A DNA stretch of 63,992 bases, the filler included, from Streblomastix strix (Eukaryota), in NCBI GenBank assembly GCA_008636045.1. It is 4 parts of 4 records of this genome, joined end to end, with 100 filler letters (N's around TTAATTAATTAA, not from the genome) between each part and the next. Parts side by side here need not be neighbours in the genome. Positions count along the whole stretch, not along the records: positions 48,902 to 63,992 come from SNRW01001035.1; 3 more parts are not named here. One strand, given 5' to 3'. Made by a program: the position numbers and the translations under genes. Of the stretch, positions 52,050 through 63,992 are shown piece by piece. The notes below the pieces were generated by a model. That model made no database searches. It was given only the letters and a program-made list of their open reading frames with translations, and was not told where the DNA came from. Each line of letters starts with the position of its first letter. Position 1 is the first letter of the stretch.

Positions 52050-55000
52050 ATTATGTCATCCAACTTGCATAAAGCGAGCTGATCTCGTTTGTTGCACATA
52101 AGCGTACTCAATGCGGCCCTGATCGCTCAATAATGAACGAGACAGAAGATACTGACACGTGAGCGAGATTGCAGACTGAATTACAGACAAGAAAAGGCAT
52201 AAAATTTACGAATATCATTATGGCGATGAATCGAGCTCGAGTGATTCGGCTGTTCGACACCGAAATTTTAATTATGCTTGCTGAATCAATTTATTATATC
52301 CAAGTATAGCATATACGATAAGGATTACGAGGACTAGATAAAGTAATTTTGTAGACGACTGCTGGACAATGAAATGAAAGAGGCGAGACTCTATGACCAG
52401 GAGCATTTAATTATAAAAAATGTGAAAAAGAACCAAAACACAGAGGATATAAAGCTGTCACAATCGTATAAATTTGCGATAGGCGAGATAGGGGGAACAT
52501 ATCTAGAAGAAGGTGACCTATTTGGTACAGGGGGACGGTGATGAAGGCTGAGACGAGCCCTTCTAGAAACTTCTAGAAAGGTTGAACGAGCCGCTCAGGC
52601 AATAAGGAGCAAAGACTGGAAGGAAGAATAACAATAAACAAGGATAGTAGACGCATGAAAGATCGCGTTAGAGCCCTAGAATGCAAATGGCCGAAATTTT
52701 GAGCAGAAAAAATGATAGTGCAAGCATCAACATTTAAGCTGCTGGGTTATTTGAACAGATTGTTCAAATTTTGAGACTTGAGTAAATTTTGATATGCAGG
52801 ATCGTACTGGAAAGTTGTTACGCCAAAAGGCAGGACAAGGCTGGAACAAGGCGATTAAAAAGTAGATATGAAGATTGGGCTTACTGATGCATAAGAGGCT
52901 TTACTGGTTGCAACGAAGAATGGACTAGGCGGTCTGGATAACATTGAGCAAATACCGCAAGCATACTCAATGCAGTTTAATGGTACAAACGCAGTGACGC
53001 AGCTGAAAGAACTTGTCAGTGCTCCAAGAGAGCTGAGAGGAGTAGTAAGGAATTGTATTCTGCCGGTGGACGTATTCTCTAATGATAGTATTGATAGTAT
53101 CAAGAGGTATCTGGACCTTAAGAAGGTTGATTAGTTGCATTTCCCATATCAACAAGGGCAGTACACGTACCTGCAGTCTTTAATCCAGTAACCTTATATG
53201 ATATTGTATTCGTACCAGCAATTCTAGCCATTCCAATTATTCCAGCAATTTAGGATGTAGCAGACGCTGTATGCGATGAGTTGATTCAATTACGGAAGGG
53301 GAGCTGCAATGGGAAGAAGATTCCAGATAAGAGGACGTGGATGACGAGACAGGGGAGCCTTCAATTCTAATTTCGCACCATTAGGAAGGTAGTGAGAGAG
53401 TGCTTGGGTGGATATTTAGAGTGGAGAAAGTGAGAGGTGAATGATAGTGGGGAATAAGGAGTGTAAATGAGTGAGAGAACAAGTGTTAAGGATGAAGAAT
53501 CGTTAGTGTGACGGTTTTAACAGTACAATAAACCGTACCTCAAAGCAAATATGATTGGAGCCTGCTTATTACTTTATCTTAGAGCTTACGAAAAAATAAA
53601 TATGGACAAATCTATTAAGATAGGATGCTACGCAAAATGAAAAAGCCAGGAGAGCAGGATAATACTTGCGCCGTAGCGAAGAGTAATTTATTTCAATGGA
53701 AACAAGGAATAAGCGGAATAGCTGGATCAATTAATAAGAAAAGAATTTAATTAAAAAATAATTAGAGTGATTAATAATTAGGAAGTCCTATTGTGGAACG
53801 GAACATTTGTAATTAAGAAGTCGGGAGGAGGACTGAGGAGAATAATGGATTGTCGACCACTGAACACGTAATTGAAAGCTCAATATTTTACAATAAACGA
53901 TCTAAATAATATATTGGAAATATGGAAGAAGGACGATTGGGCATGTTCTATGGACAACAAATCGGTGTTTTATCATTTGACAGTGATTGGGGAGTTGGAT
54001 AAGTACTAAACATTTATACGCAGGGGGATTCGTAATACGTAAGTGGGAATACTGTTCAGAATTTTAATAACATCAAGGACCTTTGCGAGGATAATCTAAA
54101 TTAAATCAGATGGAGTGAGAAGTCGGAGTCCAGTGTGAATTGCAAATTATGCAGACGACATTCTGTTCCGGACACAAGATCGACAATAGTTGAAGAAAGA
54201 AGTAAAGTAGATAGTGGAGGAGTTTCGGAAGTATGGACAGGTGATCAATGAGAGTAAGAATAGTCTGAAGCCAGAGTAACAATTTATGTTCCTGGGATGG
54301 ATATTTAACTCTACAAGAATGAAAATTTAATTGACAGGCGATAATAGGAAGCAATTGAAAGCAATAGTTCAAAGATAAATAAAGTTAATAATGGACTAAA
54401 GACTTTAAAGGATTAAAAGCGTGACAAGTTTGGTTGGTTAGCTTCGATTTTTCATTCCGTAATTTAGACGAGGAGGACTACATCTATAACAAATAAATAA
54501 ATATATGAGCAAAGCTGCGAGAGTAATGGGTTTGACAAGCGAAATGATAGTAACGAAGAAGTGTTTGACAGAGTCATATTGATGGATGAGCCAATTGGAG
54601 AACAATAAACCAAAGATGATAGATAAAATATAGAAGCAAATAATAATTTAGACGGATGCATCAAATTCAGGATGAGGAACAAGTGAGATTAAGGATAAAG
54701 TGCGAATCGAAAAGACATACGGATAATGGGAAGCGGAGATGGAGAATTCAAACTTGCGAGAGATCTTGGCGATATACAGAGCAGAACAACTGCTGAAAGA
54801 ATAAATTGCAAAACAATAATATTGTTGAATAATGATAGAAACAGATGAAACAACAGCATGTTTCTCAATAGTAAAAGCAAAGTCAAAATGTTATTTGAAG
54901 AAAGCGATAGATTCGTTTTTTAAAAGTAGATGAGGAAAATGGATGGATATTAACAATATGAAATATCGCTGCGAAATTAAATAAAGATGTGGACGCATTA

Positions 55001-56460
55001 TTAAGGTTATCGATGGCAGGGGATTACTCAATAAGGAAGGAAGTATTAGAGGTTGTTTTGAAGCATTGGAAAGTAGAGATAGCAGTGGATTTATTCGCAA
55101 CAAGAAATAATTCTAAACATAAGAGATATTATACATTGGAAAAGGACAAAAAAGCAGAAGGATGAAACTAAATGAGAGTCTCTTGAGAGGAGCAGTTTGC
55201 ATTGATACACCCACTAATACCAATAATTAGTAGGGTAGTAAGGAAATTAATAGAGGAGAGAGCTTAAGGAATAATGATAGTACCGCGTTGGCCAGGATAA
55301 GTCTGGTGGACATCGTTAAATGAAATAACAGTGAGAGAGAAGAAATTGGGAGAGAGTGAGAGGGTGTTGGAGTGCGGACTGATGATGAGAAATCTGAAAG
55401 TTCGTCCGGGGAGGATATTGGCTTTAGAGGCAAACGGGGATAAGATGGAGCAAGATTATTTCAAAATGCATTGATAACATCCGTTTTATCAAGAAATGCA
55501 ATTAGAACAATAATAGATAACTGGAATAGAATTTGAAGAAGGCATGCCTGCGCGCTATCAGCCTTTTGGAAGAATAAGAGGAGGAGAGAAATGAGTGTGG
55601 AGTAGTCAAAAATGGTAAAATAACCATATATTGTAATAGTATAATATATTATAGAGAAAAATAAGGATTAGTCGGACGCAATAGTATTATAAACATGGAC
55701 TTTAGTATCATCAATGCTTGAATTAGTAAGAAGTGATGAGAAGGACTTAAAAAATAAAGTAATAGAATAAATATCTTTAAAACTAGTTGTAAATACAAGG
55801 AAAGTTATTAGAGAAATTACAATCAGGAAAATGGAGCAGCTGCTTGAATATAAAGTGAGACATAGTATATAAAGATATGAGGAAAATTTAACAGTTAATA
55901 AGTTAATAAGAGTGGTCTTTATTATATTTATGGTTTATTTAATTTTTATGATAATAAGAAATATTAAGAGATATGCTAATTATAACACAAATAGAATAAG
56001 AAATAATATTAATAAGTACCAATTTGCTTAAAGACAAGAGGGAAAAAGTAGTAGTAACTTTGAAAAGTATAAACAATAAAGCAGTTTGCCTAGTTACAAG
56101 ATTTTTAGCCTGGAATAGGAACTGAAGTGTCAGAATTATTGATAAAAATTCCTTTTGGAGAAATTGAAAAAAAAAATGATCATTATCACTAGAACAGTGA
56201 AAAAAAATAGGTTCATACAGTAAATAATTGAACAGGAATTGATAAGAAATATTCAATAACAACTATAAGAAAGGTGGCAATATCGACAATTCAAAACAAT
56301 TATAAAAAAAAGATAGAGATAGATTGATGGAGTAGGCATAGAAAATCTGTGGATACAGTAAGAGAGAATTACGAAATGATTAACAATAATAGCATAAGGA
56401 AAGCGCTATCCGAATGAGTCTCGGCTAGAGAAGAGGGTAAGGCGAGTGAGTAAATAGAGT
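52050..56460 (+). mobile_element. DIRS1-like tyrosine-recombinase retrotransposon (gag, RT, RNase H, methyltransferase-like, YR), decayed
   Basis: FVIKKSGGGLRRIMDCRPLN; YADD at 54148-54159; TDASNSG*G at 54652-54678; SNLREILAI; DLFAT at 55088, IHPLIP, PRWPGQVWW; YR-like AVCLV and TTIRKVA (56259). Many stops and frameshifts. Confidence 0.88.
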
Positions 56461-56479
56461 GAGGTTTATTTTTTATACA

Positions 56480-58760
56480 ATATAATATTAAACTATTCTC
56501 CTCCACTTCTCAATATTCCAATATAAATTCCACCAATAATTTCTTATAGATATTTAGATTCTCTTTCTGAATTATATTGATGTTTAGATTATTCACCTTT
56601 AAATTTGGAATTAATAAGGGAATGCGAAGAATATCTGTAAGATATTGATTTATTTTCTAAGTATATATACACCTATTAATTATTAATAAGCTTGAAATTA
56701 GAAGATGATTATGATGATTGAACAAATTGAATATATGTCTTACACTCTATAAATCGAACAAATGTCAGATTATTATGTAAGTTTTGTCCAATGAACGCAA
56801 ATGCACCTTCAATGCCAATTTGTTCAGCATCAGTTGGATGAACATTGATTATGCATTTACAATTCTAGAATATTAGATCTGTAATATAGATTGGGAGAAG
56901 AAAAGCATTGTCTCAATTAATATATATGACTGATGAAATTACTATATTATTTTATATTGATTCTTCCTCTAATTCGAATGAAAGTGACGAAGACGAGAAA
57001 ATATTTATATGCTTGAAATTAAATAACAATCCATAATTATGGTATTTTCCAATGAAATAATTTCTGATACACATTCCATCTAAATCAAAGCAGTGCTAGT
57101 AATTTTAATTTAATCATCTGATACTTCAATTAGTTATATATAATTTAATTCTGTTATAAATTGAAATGTTTATTTAAATCCCCATGAAACATCCGAAACA
57201 GGATCATATTAACTCATAATACAATGTTCTATCTTAAAATTAATTACTATTTCATATTTTTTGCATAATTTATTACTCATTAATTTTATAATGCTTTTCT
57301 GTTCATATTCAGAAGGAAGAACATAATATATTTTTTTGATATAAATATTTTGTTCTACTCCTTTAAATTTTATATTTCTTATCTTTTTCCATTATGTTAG
57401 ATCAGTTAAAATTATTTGCCCTTAATTCTTGAATTTCAGTTATTCATAACAACAAACATTCAACCATTGTTCTTCATATACGTCGAATTATTAAATTACC
57501 TGCTTTATATTCGAATAGATTTGCTATATCAGTTCCAACTTATACAACAAATGTGTGATTGATTCTTTATCTATCTTCAATATTAGCAGGAATAGAATCT
57601 GCAGTTCATTTAAGAGTAAATACTATTGTTCTTCCAAAATTAAATGTCGAACATCGTAATTATATTTTCCGATATTTAACAGAATCAACAGTAAAATATG
57701 AATTTGCTGATAAATATATAGAATCATTGAAATATGGTTCCATAAATTTCAGCAAATCCAGATCATTAAGTATTTCAGGATGAGTGGAGGAAATTTATTC
57801 ATATTTAGTTCCATATAAAGCATTACTCTTATTACATTATTTATTGATTATGCCAAATAAAAATATTCTGTCCGGCTTTAAATATACAAGATTCTTATAG
57901 TATACAAATATATCCCTTCCGAACTAACCAGCATCATTAAGTTAGAATTGTGCTCTTGGTCCAATTTCAAACTAAAATTGAACTTTTTCAAGTTTTAAAT
58001 ATATTCTTCATCCTCTTTCATTTACATTTCCAGTTCCAATTGCGACACATTCTTACATCAATACGTCATTTTCAATCAGAAACTATTCAAAGAAAAATAT
58101 CTATACTTAAATATCACCTCCATTTGGAGCACTAAATTACTTCAATGTTGATTATTAAATGGAAGAATTATCTCCTTGAATTTAAGCAATTATTTCGCCA
58201 TCTTTCTAAGCTGTGCATTTCTGCAATATAATAGAGTAAGATAATTCAAATTTACTATACTCTTCAATAACTATAAACATTCCTCCACCAGATTAATCTA
58301 TATTTTTGCAATTTTCAAATATAAATTATTCTTTAACTAATATTTCTCTATCTTCAATTAAAGTGAGAAATAGTCTTTCTCATTCAAAAATACTTGTGTA
58401 ATTTCTTAAATTCACTTAATTACCTTCATTTAATCCAGAACATCTAATCAATGTTATTTAATTTATTTCTATTTCTCCTGAATTAAAAATGAAATGTAAT
58501 CCTCCACCATTTCTATCTGCTTAATAGTTTGTAAGTTTAGTTCCAGTTAATGTTTATTTCAATACACTTTGACAATTGATTAGAATTTTACCTTCGTTTA
58601 TTCGTTTGCAATCATTGAAAAATAATTCATTAGTTTCAATATTTCCATCATTTGATATATCAATATATGCTCCTCTTCCCTATCCAAATTATGCTTGTTT
58701 AGTTCCGTCTTAATTTTTTATTCATAGTTGGTAAATATCATAAATTCATCAGGAATAAAT
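56480..58760 (-). pseudogene. Pectin-lyase-like beta-helix (GGG-hydrophobic repeat) surface-protein pseudogene
   Basis: Repeats GRGAYI, NGGGLHF, SGGGMFIVI and NDAGQFGRDIFVY, with frameshifts and stops. Confidence 0.65.
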
Positions 58761-59099
58761 ACTAACAAAAATATATTCCTTTTATTTAAATAGATAATCA
58801 ACTCTTTTTAGTTTCTACAAATTTTTAAAGGTCAGACAATACTACAGTATATATCTGTTCAAATAAATTTAATACATCAAATATATTTGAAACATTTACT
58901 ATGGAATAGGAGAGCAATAAGATTAGTTTCAAGAATTGATCCATAATGATATATACTTATTAGAAATCAATCCATAACTTAAAAAGAAGAAACATAATGG
59001 GAGAAAGCACTAATGATGATAGAAAAAGTCATGAATTTACCAGGAATATGTACAAAATATAATTATAGTTATGTATTAGACAGCCATCTTGGGCTATTA

Positions 59100-60925
59100 T
59101 TTGGTTTGATGAGCTATCCGGGACCGCCAGGGATGGCCCTAGACCATTAGTACACAAAATTAAGATCGAGATATCTCTTCGGATGTAAATAATGGATAGT
59201 CCCTCCAACATAAACAAACCCACAGAGCTAGATTACACCTTACCCGAACTAGAATTGAAGCTGAATTTTGAATGTTGATTTCATGAGAATGTTTACAAAC
59301 CCATTTTCAGTTCCGAAAGGAATGTAACATCAATAGGTTGCAAGAGAAGCAGCATAGGTTCATCATAAACCGAGAGAGACTTTTCCAATAAATGGAAATG
59401 CAAGAAAGATAGCGTTTTCTAGGGACTGCATAGTTCGGGGTTAAGTAGCGATTACTGGAATTAAACAAATATATATCCTGAAAAAACATTCTACTTAACT
59501 CCTGCGAACTCCAATTCGTGAACCAAAAGTTGAAAAAGGAGGATGAATGATTCCTGTATGAAGTAAATCCACAAGCACTAATACTTCTGCTGTCGCAAAC
59601 TAGAACTTGAGAGAAGACAAATAGCACTGTCAGCCAAGAGAGAAGCTCAGTCATCATTGGACTAATGGAAATTCAGAACTGAATAAAGTAGGAGATTCCT
59701 ATACGAGAAATCATTCTAAGGATAATAATAGAGAAAATGTTGCAACTTCAACCGTAATTGAGAATGTGGGAAGAGACAATTCGTTATCTTGAGATGTTGA
59801 AACTGGTTAAATAAGTGAAATTTATACTAAAAGAGCTTTTCTACTATTCAAAAACGAGGACTGAGAAAAGAGATTGTAAGAGAAACTAAGAATTTGTCCG
59901 TTCTCAGGCTCAAGAGAAGAGGAAATAGCATATATGGAGAAAATAGAGGTAGAATTGCGAGAAAACATAAAAATAAATATAATTAAAATACGCTGAAATG
60001 CAAAACCAAATAATAATTCTGAAATATCGGAGGAAATGGAAGAAAATTCAGTATATGAGTTCATTGAAAAGAAGAGATTTAATCGATTCATTCTAAGATG
60101 CAGGGAACAGATCAAGTGAGAGATTTGATAAGGAAAGGAGACTGGACAACAATTCAAGATCTAAAGTTGACTTTTCACCGCCAAATAGTATATCCACCGA
60201 GCAAACCTTACCAAGCATTAGAAGTAATAAGGAAAGTTTACTAATATAGAGAAATTCCGTTTGGGACACAGAATTCACTATTCTTTTTCGCGCAGGCATT
60301 AGCAATAGTCCTATTTAGAACATGGAGAGTGTCGGATTATAGAATCCTTAACTATGTAGACGATCTGCTCATCCTACATTAGAACAAAGAAAGATTGCGA
60401 GAATAAACTTTGACAATAATAAGAATTTTGGAAGCATTTGGGTGGATAATAGCTCAAGAAAAATGCGAAACAGAACCAAAACTACATCTTAACTTCTAAA
60501 GATGTGCTTGGGACTTGAAAAGGATGTACATAAAGATGACAGTCCTAAGAAAACAGGAACTACGCTATTAATTAAGGAGATTTATCAGCCTAACATAGAG
60601 ACAAATTCCGATTAAGATAAAATATATAGCATAGATAATACGCAAGTTGAATTTTCTAAGAATCCAAGTAAGAGAAACTTCCTTTTACTTAAAACTAATT
60701 GACTCAGCAAAAACGAGGGCTCTGAAGAATAAAGAGTGGAAAGAGAATATGATTCAGCCTAAGGAAATCCTTCAAGAGCTTTTTTAGTAGTGGGGAGCAA
60801 TCTCGAGAAATTAGGAGGTGACTTTAGATGTTAGAATTCCAGAAGCAGTAATGGTATCAAACTCATCTCCGAAGGGTTGGGGAGTGACTCTGGAGCTACA
60901 AACAAGGGATATTTTAGTCCAATAT
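59100..60925 (+). mobile_element. DIRS-like retrotransposon fragment (RT and start of RNase H)
   Basis: GKWKKI, YQYREIPFGTQNS, RILNYVDDLLI (YVDD at 60353-60364), VMVSNSSPKGWG; truncated at ~60925. Confidence 0.85.
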
Positions 60926-61413
60926 AAATAAATGATATAATAAATTAGTTAATTTAATGTTCTGTAAATCGTTTTTATTAATTATTTATGAAAAAAATTA
61001 AAATATTTTTCATTAAATATGATATTACTGATATTGTATAAAATATACAATCAAATCACAAAGTATTTTAATAAAAATAAATGCAAAATATACTTAAGAT
61101 CAAGAAAAATATATCTAATTTAGTTGAAGGAAAATAAAAAATATAAATATAATATAAATAAGTTGTTAAATATAATATAAATAAGTTGTTATATTTAAAG
61201 TTTTTCCTGAAAATTAATTATAAAATACAAATTTAAATAAAAATTAAAAATAAAATTATATTTGAACAAGAGATAAAAAATTACAAAATAAAAACTTATT
61301 AAAACAATTTCTATTATCAAAAAAAAGTAAAATAAAAAATAAATATATCATTGAAAATCATATTTAACAGATATTTCAACGAATTTAAATTAAAAAATAA
61401 ATATTTTGATAAA

Positions 61414-61989
61414 TCAATGTTCAATTTTAATTGATAGAACATTCAGAATATCTTCAAACAGACGAGAAAACGTTTCCTGCTATACCCAAAGCTAATTTTC
61501 AATTATTCTTAGAAAGGTAAGTTCTGATTCATTTATGACTCTTATTGGTATAGAAAATATTCGAGCGAAGCAGCTGTTCTTGAATGCGTAATCTCGATGA
61601 ATTTTTATCGTATCAATGAAAAGAACAATGAGAAAAGTTCCAATGTTGTTAGCTTTCAGAAGTTGAACACCTTTCAAAGACTACTTCTGTATGAATCTTT
61701 GGAGTAGAGCTATCGCAATGATGCATTCTTCAACACTCAAACAAATATTCACCCTCAAGAAATTGAGGAATTGTACCAAATTCGGAACAGTGAGATTCAA
61801 GCTAGTACCCAGAATCTAGTCCTTCAGAGTCTTCAAGAGCTCTTGGGCTACCAATTCAAAGTAGATCTCGGCTACATTGGCATAAAGTAAGTTGTCCAGA
61901 GTGCAACCGTTACCAGCAATATCGGATTTTTCAAGTTTAACTATATTTTCTTTGATTGGACTATAGTTCATTACTTGTGTAATGCTCAT
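61414..61989 (-). CDS. Cyclin, Pho80/Pcl (P/U-type)-like, 191 aa
   Basis: Intact intronless ORF: ECIIAIALLQRF..NIGTFLIV..KIHRDYAFKNSCFARIFSIPIRVINESELTFLRIIENQLWV. Confidence 0.82.
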
Positions 61990-62422
61990 ATTTGAATTTA
62001 TCTGTAAAATAAATAATAAAACAAAAATAATAAATTTGTATTAATATTTAAATAACATTTAATTAGAAAATCAGTTTTTAATTTTATTTCGTCGTGTGAT
62101 GAAAAATTAACATTTAGAATAGTTACAAATAAATAGGATAATGCTAAAATTCAATAAATTGTTCATAAATCTGTACAACAACCTTTTGAAGAGCAGAATA
62201 AGATAAGAGTTTTAATTAATGGAAAAATGGATCAACGTAACTTCATGAATTATTAGTATAACTTTTATTTTAATAGTTTGGCAATTAGTTAGAAATTTTG
62301 ACGATATCACATGATATTTATTTGCTTATTTTATATTACTATTTATTATAACATGAAATGACTAATATTGTTACAAATACTATCCAGCGAGAAAATTTCT
62401 AGAAGGTTTATTATTTTCATAT

Positions 62423-63586
62423 TCAAAATGTTAAAATAGGCATTAAAACTACCAATGTTACTAATCCCCATAATATCCTAATATTACTTCCTGCATCTGA
62501 TTAATCATCTTCTTTATCTACAGTTTCCTCTTCCTTTTCATCATCTTTCTCTTCATCTTTATCTTAATCTTCATCATCATCATCTTCTTCAGTCTATTTC
62601 TTCTCTTCCAACTCTTCAACTTCACTCGCTTCTTTACTGAGAATAATCTCCCCATATACATTCAACAGTTCTCTATCAGGCTAATTGAATGGAAGCACAT
62701 CCAATAAGAATCTGTGGTCCCAATATGTCTCTGTTCCATTCTCCACTATCTGGTCTTCTCCAACTATAACAATCCAGTCTTCTTCATCTTGATATTTCTC
62801 CCATCCAATAATCAGCGCTGTCGATTGTTACGGATTTGGATTGTTTTTGATCTTGTGCTGAAATGTAGCAAATATTGGGCCTGTCCGGACTATGTATTTT
62901 TTAAGCAGTGTTTAATTTGTTGTGTAGAAATGACCGAACTTCAGACCTTCAAATTATTTATCAATTTCGGTTGTGCCATCATCGCATAGAGTAGGTTTAG
63001 CTGGTGTTGTAGCCGTGCTGTCATCTAAATATCCTTTCATTTTGGCTTCATTCGAAATACAATCTCTCGAAACAACACCTTCGAGTTGAAAAGATAATCG
63101 TGTGTGATTCATTGTCATGTTGCATCCTTCAAGTTATGTGTTGAATTAAAGATCTTCTGCTCCATATCGATAGTACAATGGCAGACTCTCAATTGCATAG
63201 ACAACAGATGGCGCAATATCAATTTATGCATAAGCATACAGTGCATAACCTAGAAGCGCATAGTCTGCAGATTTAATTCCGCGAAAAACTCCAATGCATT
63301 TTGAAGAGTCGAATTTATGATATTTGCTCATTTCTAGTGTTTTAAAATCTTCTCTAGGTATGCAAGTGTAATTACGTGTTTTTTCATCCTTCTCGCCAAG
63401 CCACTTGATGTTGTTGATATGAACAAACTTTTCCGTTTTACTCTCGGCTTCAACTTTCCTAATAATATCTAAACTCAAATAATCATCTACAGTAATTTCA
63501 TAATCCTCAAAAAATATCTGTGTGTCCTGTCTAACTTGTCCTCGCACAAACAAAATGAAAAATATGATCAGAAGCGAATATCTCAT
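62423..63586 (-). CDS. Surface protein: signal peptide, catalytically dead cathepsin-B-like domain, acidic stalk, GPI-like tail (387 aa)
   Basis: MRYSLLIIFFILFVRG; EGCN, EGVVSRDC, PTLCDDGT, LKKYIVRTGPIFATF, STALIIGWE..DWIV; D/E-rich linker; ends AGSNIRILWGLVTLVVLMPILTF-TGA. Confidence 0.88.
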
Positions 63587-63992
63587 TGAATGTACAGGTA
63601 CGATATTCTAATTTTTTAAAAAAATAATATAAAATTAATTAAAACAAAATTATTATAATTTAAGTTATCAATTTGATTTATTGAAATCGTACAAATATGA
63701 ATTTTATAAAATTTATTAAAACAAAAGAATATTATTGTAATAAATGATTTAAATTTTAAAATGAAAAAGACATTATATCAATATATATTCAATTCAATAT
63801 TATATACTGTAAGTTAGCAGAGGAATACACTTATTTGTAAATCAGCAAAATTTGTGAAACCGAGAAAGATAGAAAAATTGATAAAAACATTAATTTTATA
63901 ATTATTTTAGAATACTGAAAATGATACTATGAAAATAAAATATATTTCGAAAATATAGACATTCCTGGTATTGAGCGTTGACGCTCCAATTT

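Noticed and set aside
4522..54675. TGA read as Trp (TGA at Trp-like positions 4522, 38153, 54673)
   Set aside because: These occur in decayed sequences, TGA also appears at probable Gly positions (27700, 29167), and intact genes end in TGA. Mutational decay explains them.

Overview
AT-rich eukaryotic (protist) DNA made of four unrelated pieces of about 15-16 kb, joined by artificial 100-nt linkers (44 N + TTAATTAATTAA + 44 N) at 16205-16304, 32505-32604 and 48802-48901. Genes read only with TAA/TAG = Gln and TGA as the stop, so the supplied ORF track is mostly misleading. That code, short GT-AG introns and the gene families present suggest an oxymonad such as Streblomastix (inference). Host genes: an E2-fold protein lacking its catalytic Cys, a ~1770-aa Cys-rich secreted protein, two putatively GPI-anchored papain/cathepsin-B-fold pseudoproteases, a Pho80/Pcl-type cyclin, a C2 protein, an ARM-coiled-coil-SPRY-like protein, an importin-5-like pseudogene and a beta-helix pseudogene. 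Mobile DNA: three DIRS-type retroelement relics, a pogo-like DDE relic and a possible hAT relic. Most notable are decayed pieces of a Polinton-like endogenous virus: two protein-primed PolB genes (one with an internal HNH-like domain), putative major and minor capsid genes, a small amphipathic protein and two phage-tail-fibre-like genes. All translations were done by eye and no database searches were run.
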